In this document: positions 20,291 to 29,499 of the stretch, in pieces
Layout of the letters: each line of letters starts with the position of its first letter
How positions within the stretch are numbered: position 1 is the first letter of the stretch
Origin: Novosphingopyxis sp.
GTDB taxonomy: Bacteria > Pseudomonadota > Alphaproteobacteria > Sphingomonadales > Sphingomonadaceae
Assembly: GCA_042090735.1 (NCBI GenBank)
Contig: JBELIU010000001.1
Location: 1 to 47,337 of the forward strand
DNA length: 47,337 bases
Direction of reading: 5' to 3'
Notes under the pieces: model-generated
What the model saw: the letters and a program-made list of their open reading frames with translations, nothing else
What the model was told of the DNA's origin: nothing
Databases searched by the model: none
Position numbers and translations under genes: made by a program

Positions 20291-22996
20291 GTGAGCGCAC
20301 CGGACTTCCAGGACGCGCTTGACCGGGCGGCCGCCAACAGCCCTTTTCTCGCGCGGTTGATCGAGCAGCGCCCCGCACTGGTTGCGCATTTGCGTCAAGG
20401 CAATCCTGCCGCCGCACTTGCACAAGCGCGCGAGGAAGGGGAGGCCTGCGACGCGGTTTCCAATGGTTTGCGGGTCGAACGGGGCGGGGTGGCGCTAGCA
20501 GTGGCGATCGCCGACCTGGCCGGCGCCTGGGATCTTTCGCAGGTGACCCGCACGCTGTCCGACTTCGCGGACCGGGCGTGCAACCGTGCCATTGCAGCTG
20601 CCATCACAGAGCGTACGCCGGATGCCGAACCTGGCGGGTTTGCGCTGGTTGCGCTCGGCAAGCATGGTGGACGGGAGTTGAACTACAGCTCCGATATCGA
20701 TCCGATCCTGATTTACGATCGTGAGACGCTGCCGACGAAGGAGGGGGAGGAGCCCGCCAAGGCTGCAGTCCGCATCGGCCGGCGCGTGCTCGAGCTGCTG
20801 CAAGAGCCGACGGCGCATGGCTATGTCTTCCGGGTCGATCTGCGCCTGCGCCCGACGCCCGAAGTCAGCCCCATCGCGCTGCCGCTCGCCGGGGCCATCT
20901 CGCATTATGAAAGCTCCGCCATGGCGTGGGAGCAGGCCGCGTTCATCCGCGCCCGTGCCGCCGCCGGCGATGTCGGACTGGGTGAGCGGTTTCTGGAGGC
21001 CATTCGCCCGTTCGTCTGGCGTCGCTCGCTCGATTTCGGGCAGATTCGCAACATCGACACGATGCGCCGTTCCATCCGCGATCATTATTCGGGCGGGCAG
21101 GCGATCGGGCCGGGCTATGACTGCAAGCGCGGGCGCGGCGGCATTCGCGAGTGCGAATTTTTCGTCCAGGCGCAGCAGTTGATCCATGGCGGCCGCGATG
21201 AGGCGCTGCGCACTTCCGATACGCGCGAGGCTCTCCATGCGCTCGCCGAAGCCGGGCATGTGCCGCGCGAGGAGGCGCAGGAAATCGCAGCCGCCTATGA
21301 TGTGCTGCGCACCGCCGAGCACCGATTGCAGATGCTGCACGATCGGCAGACGCATGAAATCCCCAAGCGTGCAGAAGAGCGCGATGCGGCGGCGCGCTTG
21401 CATGGGCTTGCTGACGGCGATGCGCTTATCGGCTGGATCGCACCGCATGCCGAACGCGTGGACGCCATCTACAGCGATTTCGCGAACTGGGAGGAGGCGG
21501 AAGCGGGCACGTTGCCGCTCGAGGATGATCGGCTGGACGAATCGCTGCAGACTATCGGGTTTGCCGCCCCGGTGAACGCCGCGCGGCTGGTCCGGCGTTG
21601 GCGCAGCGGCAAGTTGCGCGCGATCCGGAGTGAGCGGGCGCGCGAGGGGTTCGAGGCTGTTCTGCCCGCGCTGTTAAAGGCGATTGCACAGGCACCAGAC
21701 CCGCAACGCGCGCTTGCCCGTCTCGATTCGATGTTCGAGCACCTGCCCAGCGCGGTGAATTTCTTCGATCTTCTGCTGGCCCGGCCCGCGTTGACTTCGT
21801 TGCTTGGGCGACTGCTGAGCTACACGCCCGTCTTGGCCGATCAGCTGGCACGGCGGGCTGATCTGGTGGACCGCTTGGTTGAGCCCGATGCCAAGCGGCT
21901 TCCCGGACCGGTGGAAGAACTTGTCGCGGCTCTGCGCCCGCCCGACACGCTGGATTATGAGCGTTATCTGGACCGCGTGCGCGCCGATGTGACCGAGATG
22001 CGCTTCTTCCTGGGTGCGCAACTGATCGAGGGGCAGGTGGATCCGCTCGCGGTCGCCGCCGGCTATGCGCGCCTTGCCGAAACCGCGATCCATGTGCTGA
22101 CGGACCGCGCCATTGCCGAGTTCGAGTTAAGCTATGGCCGCGTGCCCGGCGGCGAACTGGTAATTCTGGCGCTCGGGCGGCTGGGCGGCCGGGCGCTGAC
22201 GCATAGCAGCGATCTGGATCTGGTCTTCCTCTTTACCGGCGACTTTACCGCGCGTTCCGATGGTTCGCGGGAGTTGGGCGCGACCGATTATTTCAACCGG
22301 CTGTCGAAGCGCGTGATCGCCGCGCTGTCGCTGCCGACCGCGACCGGGGCGCTTTATGAGATCGATACCCGGCTGCGGCCATCCGGCGCGCAGGGACCGC
22401 CTTGTGTCTCGATAGCGAGCTTTGCAGAGTATCAGCGCGAAAAGGCCTGGACCTGGGAGCATATGGCCCTCACGCGCGCACGCGCGGTCTATGGAAGCGA
22501 GCAAGCGCGGGCCGAGATCGAAAAGGTGGTCGATGAAGTTCTGCGCCGTCCGGCCGGGGACGATCTGGCGCGCGACGTGCGCAGCATGCGCGGCGATATC
22601 GAATCGCACAAGAAGCCTGTCGGGCCGCTCGACGTAAAACGTCTTCCCGGCGGCTTGATCGATTCGGAGTTCGTCACCCACTTCCATCAACTCGATTCCA
22701 AGATAGGGCTTTCGCCGGAACTGCCGGTCGCGGCGCGCGCATTGGCGGAGGCCGGGCTGGTTGCCGAGGACTTTGTTTCCGCGCGCGATTTCCTGACGCG
22801 TGTGCTCATTCTGGTGCGGCTGGTTTCGCCCGATTGCCAAGAACCGCCCGAGCCGGTGCGCGCGTTGATCGCCGAAAGCCTTGAGCTGGCGGACTGGGCG
22901 GCGGTAATGGATACGCTGATACGGGCGCGGGGAGCCGTGACGGGGGCGTGGGAAGCGGCGCTGGGCCCGCGCGACCAATTGAAAGCAAAGGACTGA
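20291..22996 (+). CDS. glnE: Glutamine synthetase adenylyltransferase/deadenylase
   Basis: Two NT domains (GKHGGRELNYSSDID; GRLGGRALTHSSDLD), RVDLRLRP, IDTRLRP. Confidence 0.95.
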   Translation: MSAPDFQDALDRAAANSPFLARLIEQRPALVAHLRQGNPAAALAQAREEGEACDAVSNGLRVERGGVALAVAIADLAGAWDLSQVTRTLSDFADRACNRAIAAAITERTPDAEPGGFALVALGKHGGRELNYSSDIDPILIYDRETLPTKEGEEPAKAAVRIGRRVLELLQEPTAHGYVFRVDLRLRPTPEVSPIALPLAGAISHYESSAMAWEQAAFIRARAAAGDVGLGERFLEAIRPFVWRRSLDFGQIRNIDTMRRSIRDHYSGGQAIGPGYDCKRGRGGIRECEFFVQAQQLIHGGRDEALRTSDTREALHALAEAGHVPREEAQEIAAAYDVLRTAEHRLQMLHDRQTHEIPKRAEERDAAARLHGLADGDALIGWIAPHAERVDAIYSDFANWEEAEAGTLPLEDDRLDESLQTIGFAAPVNAARLVRRWRSGKLRAIRSERAREGFEAVLPALLKAIAQAPDPQRALARLDSMFEHLPSAVNFFDLLLARPALTSLLGRLLSYTPVLADQLARRADLVDRLVEPDAKRLPGPVEELVAALRPPDTLDYERYLDRVRADVTEMRFFLGAQLIEGQVDPLAVAAGYARLAETAIHVLTDRAIAEFELSYGRVPGGELVILALGRLGGRALTHSSDLDLVFLFTGDFTARSDGSRELGATDYFNRLSKRVIAALSLPTATGALYEIDTRLRPSGAQGPPCVSIASFAEYQREKAWTWEHMALTRARAVYGSEQARAEIEKVVDEVLRRPAGDDLARDVRSMRGDIESHKKPVGPLDVKRLPGGLIDSEFVTHFHQLDSKIGLSPELPVAARALAEAGLVAEDFVSARDFLTRVLILVRLVSPDCQEPPEPVRALIAESLELADWAAVMDTLIRARGAVTGAWEAALGPRDQLKAKD

Positions 22997-22998
22997 CC

Positions 22999-23454
22999 AT
23001 GGCCGAAACCCTGCCCGAGCTTACTTTGATCGATGACCGCGGCGAGCCGAAACCGCTTGCGGACTATAAGGGCAAGCCGCTCGTTCTCTTCTTCTTCCCG
23101 CGCGCGAACACGCCCGGTTGCACCAAGGAAAGCATCGCGTTCAGTGAAATGCTGGACGAATTTGCAAGCTTGGGCTCCGCGGTAACGGGCGTATCGAAGG
23201 ACAGTCCGAAGAAGCTGTCCAACTTTCGCGAGAAGCAGGGGCTTACCGTTGATCTGCTGTCCGACGCGGATACCGACCTTTCCGAGCGCCTGGGCGTCTG
23301 GAAGGAAAAGCAGATGTACGGCAAGACCTTCATGGGGCTGGAGCGCAGCACCTTCCTTTACGGCGCGGACGGCAAGCTGCTGCGCGAATGGCGCAAGGTG
23401 AAGGTCAATGGCCATGCCGAAGAGGTGCTTGAAGCGCTGCGCGAGGCTGCGTGA
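22999..23454 (+). CDS. bcp: Peroxiredoxin BCP/PrxQ (single Cys)
   Basis: FFPRANTPGCTKE, GVWKEKQMYGK, ERSTFL. Confidence 0.93.
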   Translation: MAETLPELTLIDDRGEPKPLADYKGKPLVLFFFPRANTPGCTKESIAFSEMLDEFASLGSAVTGVSKDSPKKLSNFREKQGLTVDLLSDADTDLSERLGVWKEKQMYGKTFMGLERSTFLYGADGKLLREWRKVKVNGHAEEVLEALREAA

Positions 23455-24281
23455 GAAGCATCGCCGAAGGATGCGCTGCGGTTCTGCGCACGGCAGATCC
23501 GCAGGCAAAGCTGATGATCGCGCGCAAGGTGGCGCGGGATTGGCGGCTGGGCCGGCTAGATCACCGTTTCGATGCTGCCATGCCGGATGCGCCCGGACGG
23601 CCTGACCAACCGGAGCTTCTGCCCCCGAACCGGATGCCGCGCCGCGGCAAGGCCGGTTCGCTGAGAGGGCGTATCGCTCTGCTCCACGCGCTCGCGCACA
23701 TCGAATTCGCCGCGATCGATCTCGCTTTCGATATGGCGGGGCGCTTCGGCGCGCAGTTTCCGCGCGAATTTATCGATGACTGGATGAAGGTGGGTGCGGA
23801 TGAGGCGATGCATTTCGCCATTCTGGACCGGCGTCTGCGACAGCTCGGCAGTTTTTATGGTGCGCTGCCGGCGCATGCGGGGTTGTGGGAAGCGGCGACG
23901 GAGACGGCCCGCGATGCAATGGCGCGCCTTGCAGTGGTGCCGATGGTGCTGGAAGCACGCGGCCTCGACGTCACGCCGCCCATGGTGGAGCGCTTCCGTG
24001 CGACAGGCGACGAGCCGTCCGCGCGCATCCTGCAACGGATTTACGAGGACGAAATCGGTCACGTCGGCTTCGGGTCGAAATGGTTTGATTGGGGATTTCG
24101 GAACGTTGTCGAAACAAGCGGTCAAGGCGGGGAATCGCCCGCAAATCTTTGGGTTTCGTTAATCTCTCGCCACTTCCGCGGGCCAATTAAGCCACCGTTC
24201 AACGACTCAGCGCGCCGACAGGCCGGTTTAACGCGAGACTTTTATGGGGCTGTTGCTATCCAACACGCTTCTGCGCTTTAA
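23451..24281 (+). CDS. Ferritin-like DUF455 family protein
   Basis: LHALAHIEFAAIDLA, DEAMHF, LEARGLD, DEIGHV, KPPFN..AR..AG. Confidence 0.92.
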   Translation: MRSIAEGCAAVLRTADPQAKLMIARKVARDWRLGRLDHRFDAAMPDAPGRPDQPELLPPNRMPRRGKAGSLRGRIALLHALAHIEFAAIDLAFDMAGRFGAQFPREFIDDWMKVGADEAMHFAILDRRLRQLGSFYGALPAHAGLWEAATETARDAMARLAVVPMVLEARGLDVTPPMVERFRATGDEPSARILQRIYEDEIGHVGFGSKWFDWGFRNVVETSGQGGESPANLWVSLISRHFRGPIKPPFNDSARRQAGLTRDFYGAVAIQHASAL

Positions 24282-24376
24282 GCTGAACACACAAGGCCGA
24301 CCGGGGGGTTGGCTATACAAGGAATAAGGAAGCGGAAAGTTCCCGTCGCTTCCGCAGAAAAAGGGTTGGGTCTTTT

Positions 24377-25066
24377 ATGCTTCCTCGTCTTTCGGCCGCT
24401 GGCCGCATTGCATCGTTTGCGCTTACCGTTTGTGCCATCGCTATGCCGGCTCATGCCAATAGCAGCGCTGCCGATGCCTTTCAAATAGACGATCAGCTGG
24501 AAGGTTCCGAAAAAATCATCACGCCGCTTGGAGAAGCGGATGCGAACTTCAAGCAGATGTTCGATGTCTGGAGCGGCCGCGCCACTGCCGGTAAGCCGCA
24601 GCTTGAAGTTTCGGTGCCTTCGATCGAGCCAGTTAGTGGCTATCGTCTCACCAGCTACTTCGGCAATCGCAGCGATCCCTTCAGCGGCGGCCGCGGTAAC
24701 CATCACGGCATCGATATGGCAGCTCCCACCGGCACGCCGATCTATGCCACTGCCGATGGGCTGATCGAGCGTGCGGGCTGGGTGAACGGCTACGGCAACT
24801 TCATCGAGATCGAACATGGTAACCAAGTCGAGACGCGCTACGGCCATCTCTCGCGCCTCAACGTCGAATCCTATCAGCGGGTCAAGAAGGGCGATCTGAT
24901 CGGCTATGTCGGTTCCACCGGTCGTTCCACCGGGCCGCACCTTCACTATGAAGTCCGTATCGCAGGCAAGCCGGTCAATCCGCTCAGCTTCATGAACCAG
25001 ATGAACGGCACTTTACTTGCAGATAATTCCAATGCTACTGATGACGTAGGCGGTCCGAACGACTAA
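24377..25066 (+). CDS. M23 (LytM) peptidoglycan metallopeptidase
   Basis: Signal peptide; HHGID, YGN, YGHL, GSTGRSTGPHLHYE. Confidence 0.95.
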   Translation: MLPRLSAAGRIASFALTVCAIAMPAHANSSAADAFQIDDQLEGSEKIITPLGEADANFKQMFDVWSGRATAGKPQLEVSVPSIEPVSGYRLTSYFGNRSDPFSGGRGNHHGIDMAAPTGTPIYATADGLIERAGWVNGYGNFIEIEHGNQVETRYGHLSRLNVESYQRVKKGDLIGYVGSTGRSTGPHLHYEVRIAGKPVNPLSFMNQMNGTLLADNSNATDDVGGPND

Positions 25067-25171
25067 CCCCGTTCCCGCCTACCAAGGTCACCTTTGGGAG
25101 AGGGTGCAAAGACTAAGGGGCGCGCAGGGCCAGACCTTGCCGCCCCTTTTTGTTGGTCCTATCTTGTACCC

Positions 25172-25504
25172 ATGACCGATGCCCCCATCATTCTTCTGCC
25201 TGCCGCGGCCCGCCGCGTCTCCGTGATCGCCGAGAAACAGGGAGTGCCGGCTATCCTGCGTCTGTCCGTGGAGGGCGGGGGCTGTTCCGGCTTCCAATAC
25301 AAGTTCGGCCTCGCCGACGCGATCGAGCCGGACGATACGGTTGCGGAAGAGCAGGGAGTGAGGCTCGCCGTCGACGCGATCAGTCTCGATCTGGTGCGCG
25401 GCAGCGCAGTAGATTTCGTCGAATCGCTCGGCGGCAAGCATTTCGAGGTGAAGAACCCGAACGCGGCGTCGGGCTGCGGTTGCGGGACCAGTTTCTCGGT
25501 CTGA
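25172..25504 (+). CDS. erpA: A-type Fe-S carrier ErpA/IscA
   Basis: GGGCSGFQY, NPNAASGCGCGTSF. Confidence 0.92.
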   Translation: MTDAPIILLPAAARRVSVIAEKQGVPAILRLSVEGGGCSGFQYKFGLADAIEPDDTVAEEQGVRLAVDAISLDLVRGSAVDFVESLGGKHFEVKNPNAASGCGCGTSFSV

Positions 25505-25593
25505 TTGCGGATGCGGCAGATGCGAATGCACGGCTGCGTCGTTTTTCGTAATTTCAACCGACGCGGTTGTGCGGCATCTCACGCTAACCGCAA
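25505..25593 (+). other. Long imperfect RNA hairpin between erpA and xth
   Basis: Nested stems TTGCGG/CCGCAA, AGATGC/GCATCT and GCACGGCTGCGTCG/CGACGCGGTTGTGC (14 bp, 3 G-U). Confidence 0.6.
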
Positions 25594-25635
25594 ACCCTCC
25601 TGACATCAGCGTCTCGCCGCGCTACCAACGCGGCC

Positions 25636-26409
25636 ATGCTCATTGCCAGTTTCAACATCAACGGCGTGAAGGCGCGCCTTCCGCGACTCGTCGAATGGCT
25701 GGAGGAGCGCGCACCCGACATCGTGTGCCTGCAGGAGCTGAAGAGCGCGGACGAGGGCGTGCCGGTCGGCGATCTCGAGAAGGCGGGCTATGGCGTGCTG
25801 ATCCACGGCCAGAAGGGGTTCAACGGCGTCGCCATTCTCGCCAAGGGTCAGGAACCCAAAGAGATTCGCCGCGGCCTGGAGGGCGAGCCGGAGGACGAAC
25901 AGTCCCGCTATCTGGAGGCCGAGGCCCACGGCTTGCGCATCGCCAGCATCTATTTGCCCAACGGCAATCCTCAGCCCGGCCCGAAATTCGATTACAAGCT
26001 GCGTTGGATGGAGCGCCTTCGCGCCCGTGCCGCCGAAATTTGGGCAGAAGAACTCCCGGCGGTTTTAGCCGGCGACTATAATGTCATCCCGCATGATCGG
26101 GACACCTTCTCTGTGCGCGCGATGAAGGACGATGCGCTGATGCAGCCCGAATCGCGCGCCGCCTATCGCCGCCTGCTGGCCGACGGATGGACCGACGCGC
26201 TGGCGACGCAACATCCCGCCGGTGGCATTTGGACCTTCTGGGATTATCAGCGCGGCGCCTGGCAGCAGGATCACGGCTTTCGCATCGATCATCTTCTGTG
26301 CTCGCCCGAAGCGGCGGACCGGCTGCAAGCGAGCGGCGTCGACAAGGAGTATCGGGGCCGCGAAAAGGCCAGCGACCATGCGCCGACATGGATCGAACTG
26401 GCCGACTAA
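25636..26409 (+). CDS. xth: Exodeoxyribonuclease III
   Basis: SFNING, LQELK, YLPNG, GDYN, RIDH, SDHAP. Confidence 0.96.
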   Translation: MLIASFNINGVKARLPRLVEWLEERAPDIVCLQELKSADEGVPVGDLEKAGYGVLIHGQKGFNGVAILAKGQEPKEIRRGLEGEPEDEQSRYLEAEAHGLRIASIYLPNGNPQPGPKFDYKLRWMERLRARAAEIWAEELPAVLAGDYNVIPHDRDTFSVRAMKDDALMQPESRAAYRRLLADGWTDALATQHPAGGIWTFWDYQRGAWQQDHGFRIDHLLCSPEAADRLQASGVDKEYRGREKASDHAPTWIELAD

Positions 26410-26475
26410 GGTTTTCCTACCGGGCGGGCCAAGCGCTCTGTCCTGCGGCATCTTGCCTCGAAAGGCCCTGACCAC

Positions 26476-27276
26476 ATGAACATTCGTTTTCTTTTGCTCG
26501 CCGTCGTGACGGTGGCCACCGCCGTCCCCGTGAGCGCGCAGGACGATAGCCCGCGCTTTTGCCCCAACCGTCCGGGGCTGGGCAGCAGCACTTGCACCAC
26601 GGGCCAAGGCCATGTGAGCGTCTAAATCGGTGCGCTCGGCTGGTCGCTCGACGACAGCGACGATGCGCGCAGCGACAGCGTCTCCGTCGGTGACAGTTTT
26701 CTGCGTTACGGCATCGACGACAAGACCGAGCTTCAGGTCGGTTTTACCGCCTACACGCATACTTACGATCGCGTCGGGTCGATCATCAGCGAGGACGGGG
26801 GCTTTTCCGATGTTCGTCTGGGCGTGCGGCGCAATCTGATCGGCAATGACGGCGGCGATGTTGCGCTGGCGATCGAACCTTATGTGACGCTCCCGGTCGG
26901 AGCATCGAGCGTGTCGGCCGGAGACTGGAGCGCCGGTGCGGTGATCCCGGGCAGCTTTTCGCTAGGTTCGGGGCTCAGCCTGGGAGCGACCGGCATCCTT
27001 GCAGCTGCGGTGGATTCGGACGGAGACGGGCGCCATTTCGCCGCGACCCAGTATCTTGGCCTCAGCCAGTCACTGACCGATGATATCGGCGTAACGGGGG
27101 AGGTTGGCATCAGCTATGACGACGATCTGTCCGGAGACGTCTGGGCGCCCGTCGCATCTGTTAGCATGGCCTGGTCGCCGCAGCCTCTGCTGCAGTTCGA
27201 TGCCGGCACGGTTGTCGGCTTGGATGACGACAGTCCGGACCTGCAACTCTATATCGGCATGTCCAAACTGTTCTGA
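26476..27276 (+). pseudogene. Outer-membrane beta-barrel transporter (COG4313 / MetA-pathway-like) interrupted by in-frame TAA
   Basis: MNIRFLLLAVV...FCPNRPGLGSSTCTTGQGHVSV*IGALGW...LRYG...LQFDAG...LYIGMSKLF; one continuous frame with TAA at 26623-26625 (codon 50); C-terminal Phe. Confidence 0.8.
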
Positions 27277-27277
27277 C

Positions 27278-28429
27278 CTAGAGGGTCTTTTCGTAAACCG
27301 TGTAGACGCGGTTTACCCGGCTCTCGATCGCGTCGGCGATGGCAATCATCCCCTGATTGTCATCGAGGATCCAGCCGATTTCACCGCGCGTCGCACCGTA
27401 ACGGGTTACGGAGGCGCGGCGGATATACTCGATCATCATGAAAGCGAGCTGGCTGGCGAGGCGGGTGCCCTGATGTTCCTTAAGAACCCCCATCAGCGGC
27501 ACGCGCATGGTGCGCACTTGCGGATTTCGCAGCCAGAGCAGCAGCTTTGCCCAGCCCAGCGGCCATAGCGAACCGTTCAGACCTTTGAGCGGTTCGTTAA
27601 GATCGGGCAACGTCATCATGAATGCCACCGGGCGCCCCTCGAGTTCCGCGATGCGAATGAGGTCTTCCTTCACGATCGGCTTCAGCTTCTTGCCCGCATA
27701 GGCGATTTCCCGGTCGGTCAGCGGCACGTAACCCCAATTGTCCGACCAGGCATCGTTCAGGATGTTGAGAATAATCGCCGCTTCCTCATCGAATTTGGAC
27801 TTGTCCACCTTGCGCACATGGATGCGGCTGCTGCGCTCGCCCGACTGGATGATGCGTTCGATCAGTGGCGGGAAATCCTGCGCGATATCCAGCTCCCAGG
27901 TGCTGAGCTGTTTGACCGGACGATAGCCGGCTGTCTCTACCCAGTTTTCATAGGCTGCCTTGTGGTGCCCCATCATAACCGTCGGGCTATGATCGTGCCC
28001 CTTGGTGAGCAGCCCTGGCTCATCCCAGATCGAAAGCGACAGGGGGCCGAGCGCGCGCGTCATTCCTTGATCGCGAAGCCAATCTTCGGCGGCGGCAATC
28101 AGCGCATGGGCCGAGGCTTCATCCTCCGCCTCCAGCATGCCGAAATTGCCGACGCCCGGGCCCATGCCCTGTTCGGGCGGCTGGGCGAGGGCGAGATCAT
28201 CGATATGCGCGGAGATGCGTCCGATGGTCTTGCCGTTCCGCTTGGCCAGGAACAGCTGCATGCGGGCGTGATCGAAAAACGGGTTTTTCTTGCGGTCGAG
28301 CAGTTCGCGAACATCGCTCCGCAGCGGCGGCACCCAGGCCGGATCATTCCGGTAAAGCCGGTAGGGGAATTCAATGAATTCCTTTTCGCCGCTTTGGTCG
28401 GCGACGGGGATGATCTGTAAGTCGGTCAC
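27278..28429 (-). CDS. bcerS: Bacterial ceramide synthase (GNAT-fold)
   Basis: YRNDPAWVPPL, GRISA, GPLSLSIWDEPGLL, W..NWG.VP, EIGWILDDN; clustered with spt, acp and cerR. Confidence 0.85.
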   Translation of the reverse strand: MTDLQIIPVADQSGEKEFIEFPYRLYRNDPAWVPPLRSDVRELLDRKKNPFFDHARMQLFLAKRNGKTIGRISAHIDDLALAQPPEQGMGPGVGNFGMLEAEDEASAHALIAAAEDWLRDQGMTRALGPLSLSIWDEPGLLTKGHDHSPTVMMGHHKAAYENWVETAGYRPVKQLSTWELDIAQDFPPLIERIIQSGERSSRIHVRKVDKSKFDEEAAIILNILNDAWSDNWGYVPLTDREIAYAGKKLKPIVKEDLIRIAELEGRPVAFMMTLPDLNEPLKGLNGSLWPLGWAKLLLWLRNPQVRTMRVPLMGVLKEHQGTRLASQLAFMMIEYIRRASVTRYGATRGEIGWILDDNQGMIAIADAIESRVNRVYTVYEKTL

Positions 28430-28531
28430 GAAAAAGGCTCCTGCGGACGCAAAAGCTCAAGGGTCGGCAGCGCTGCGATGGCCCTGGGCTCCGGTTTTCG
28501 CAGGAGCACAACAGGGCCATTTCAGCAAGCC

Positions 28532-29311
28532 TCAGGCGTCGCTCTTCGCTTGCGATCGGCGACGTGGATGGCCCGACGCGATGCCGCCGGACAGTTCCTT
28601 CACCCAAGGGTAGCTCTTGGCCACTTCCTCGTCATAGCCGAGGTTGAACACCGTGGGGCTGCGCTTCGGGATGTCCTTGCGATGGTAGTAAGTGCGAAAA
28701 ATCTTGTCCCAACCGTAATTGGTAATGCCGTAATTGCCGCTCTCGTGATGGAAGTGGTGCTCCAGATGGCGCTGCTTCATATAGGCAATGATCTTGCTCT
28801 TGGGCTTGAACGCCAGATGCTGCATGCAGTGAACGAATTCATAATAGCAGGTGGTGAGCAAGCCCGTGGCGAACGCTGCAGCCGCGCCGCCGATGCCTCC
28901 GATCAGGAAGCCGATCGGCAGCGTGGCCACCGCAATCGTCGGCAGCGTGGTGTGAAGCGCGCCGAACAGCACCTCGAGATGGTTCGGATCCTGATGGTGA
29001 TCGTAATGGATGCGCTTCCAGGTCTTCGCGAACATCTTGCGCTTGTACATCCACTGCCCGTGCAGGACGAAGCGGTGGAGCAGGTACCAGGCGAGCGGAT
29101 AGATCACGACTGCGGCAAGCACTGCGCCGGCAGTCGCCAGCGGGCTGGCGGGATAGAAAACGAACACAGCGATGCTGGCCGCGGTCAGCAGCAGATAGGA
29201 TATGATCGTGTAATGCTGGAAATAGGCCACGATCAGTTCTCGCAGGTTCATGCGATCCAGATAATGCGACCGGTTCCAGAAGTTGCTCGATGCGGTGTCC
29301 GCGCTGGCCAT
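28532..29311 (-). CDS. Sterol desaturase / fatty acid hydroxylase family membrane di-metal enzyme
   Basis: His boxes HRFVLH, HYDHH, HCMQH, HLEHH; NYGIT..WD..F.T. Confidence 0.92.
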   Translation of the reverse strand: MASADTASSNFWNRSHYLDRMNLRELIVAYFQHYTIISYLLLTAASIAVFVFYPASPLATAGAVLAAVVIYPLAWYLLHRFVLHGQWMYKRKMFAKTWKRIHYDHHQDPNHLEVLFGALHTTLPTIAVATLPIGFLIGGIGGAAAAFATGLLTTCYYEFVHCMQHLAFKPKSKIIAYMKQRHLEHHFHHESGNYGITNYGWDKIFRTYYHRKDIPKRSPTVFNLGYDEEVAKSYPWVKELSGGIASGHPRRRSQAKSDA

Positions 29312-29499
29312 AGCCTTCGTCCTGCTCTCTTGTTCTTCGATGCGTCGCCCGGCTGAGCCGACAACGCCACTATGCTCTATAATAAGGCTTTACGGCGCAT
29401 TTGCGACCATCTGTCCTGCCGATCACCATATTTATGTCGTGATTGACGCAAGGTGAAGCTGGCATCGCGTGATCGGCGATTATCGGCGGTCGCCGGGCC

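Noticed and set aside
25505-25593. Hairpin as SRP RNA, 6S RNA or a SECIS element
   Set aside because: It lacks the SRP GGAA-loop motif and is too short for 6S. ErpA ends at its normal C-terminus, so the TGA is a true stop.
25600-25615. TGACA-TCAG-CGTCT upstream of xth as a third TetR operator
   Set aside because: The right arm matches only 3 of 5 positions; it is better explained as the -35 element.
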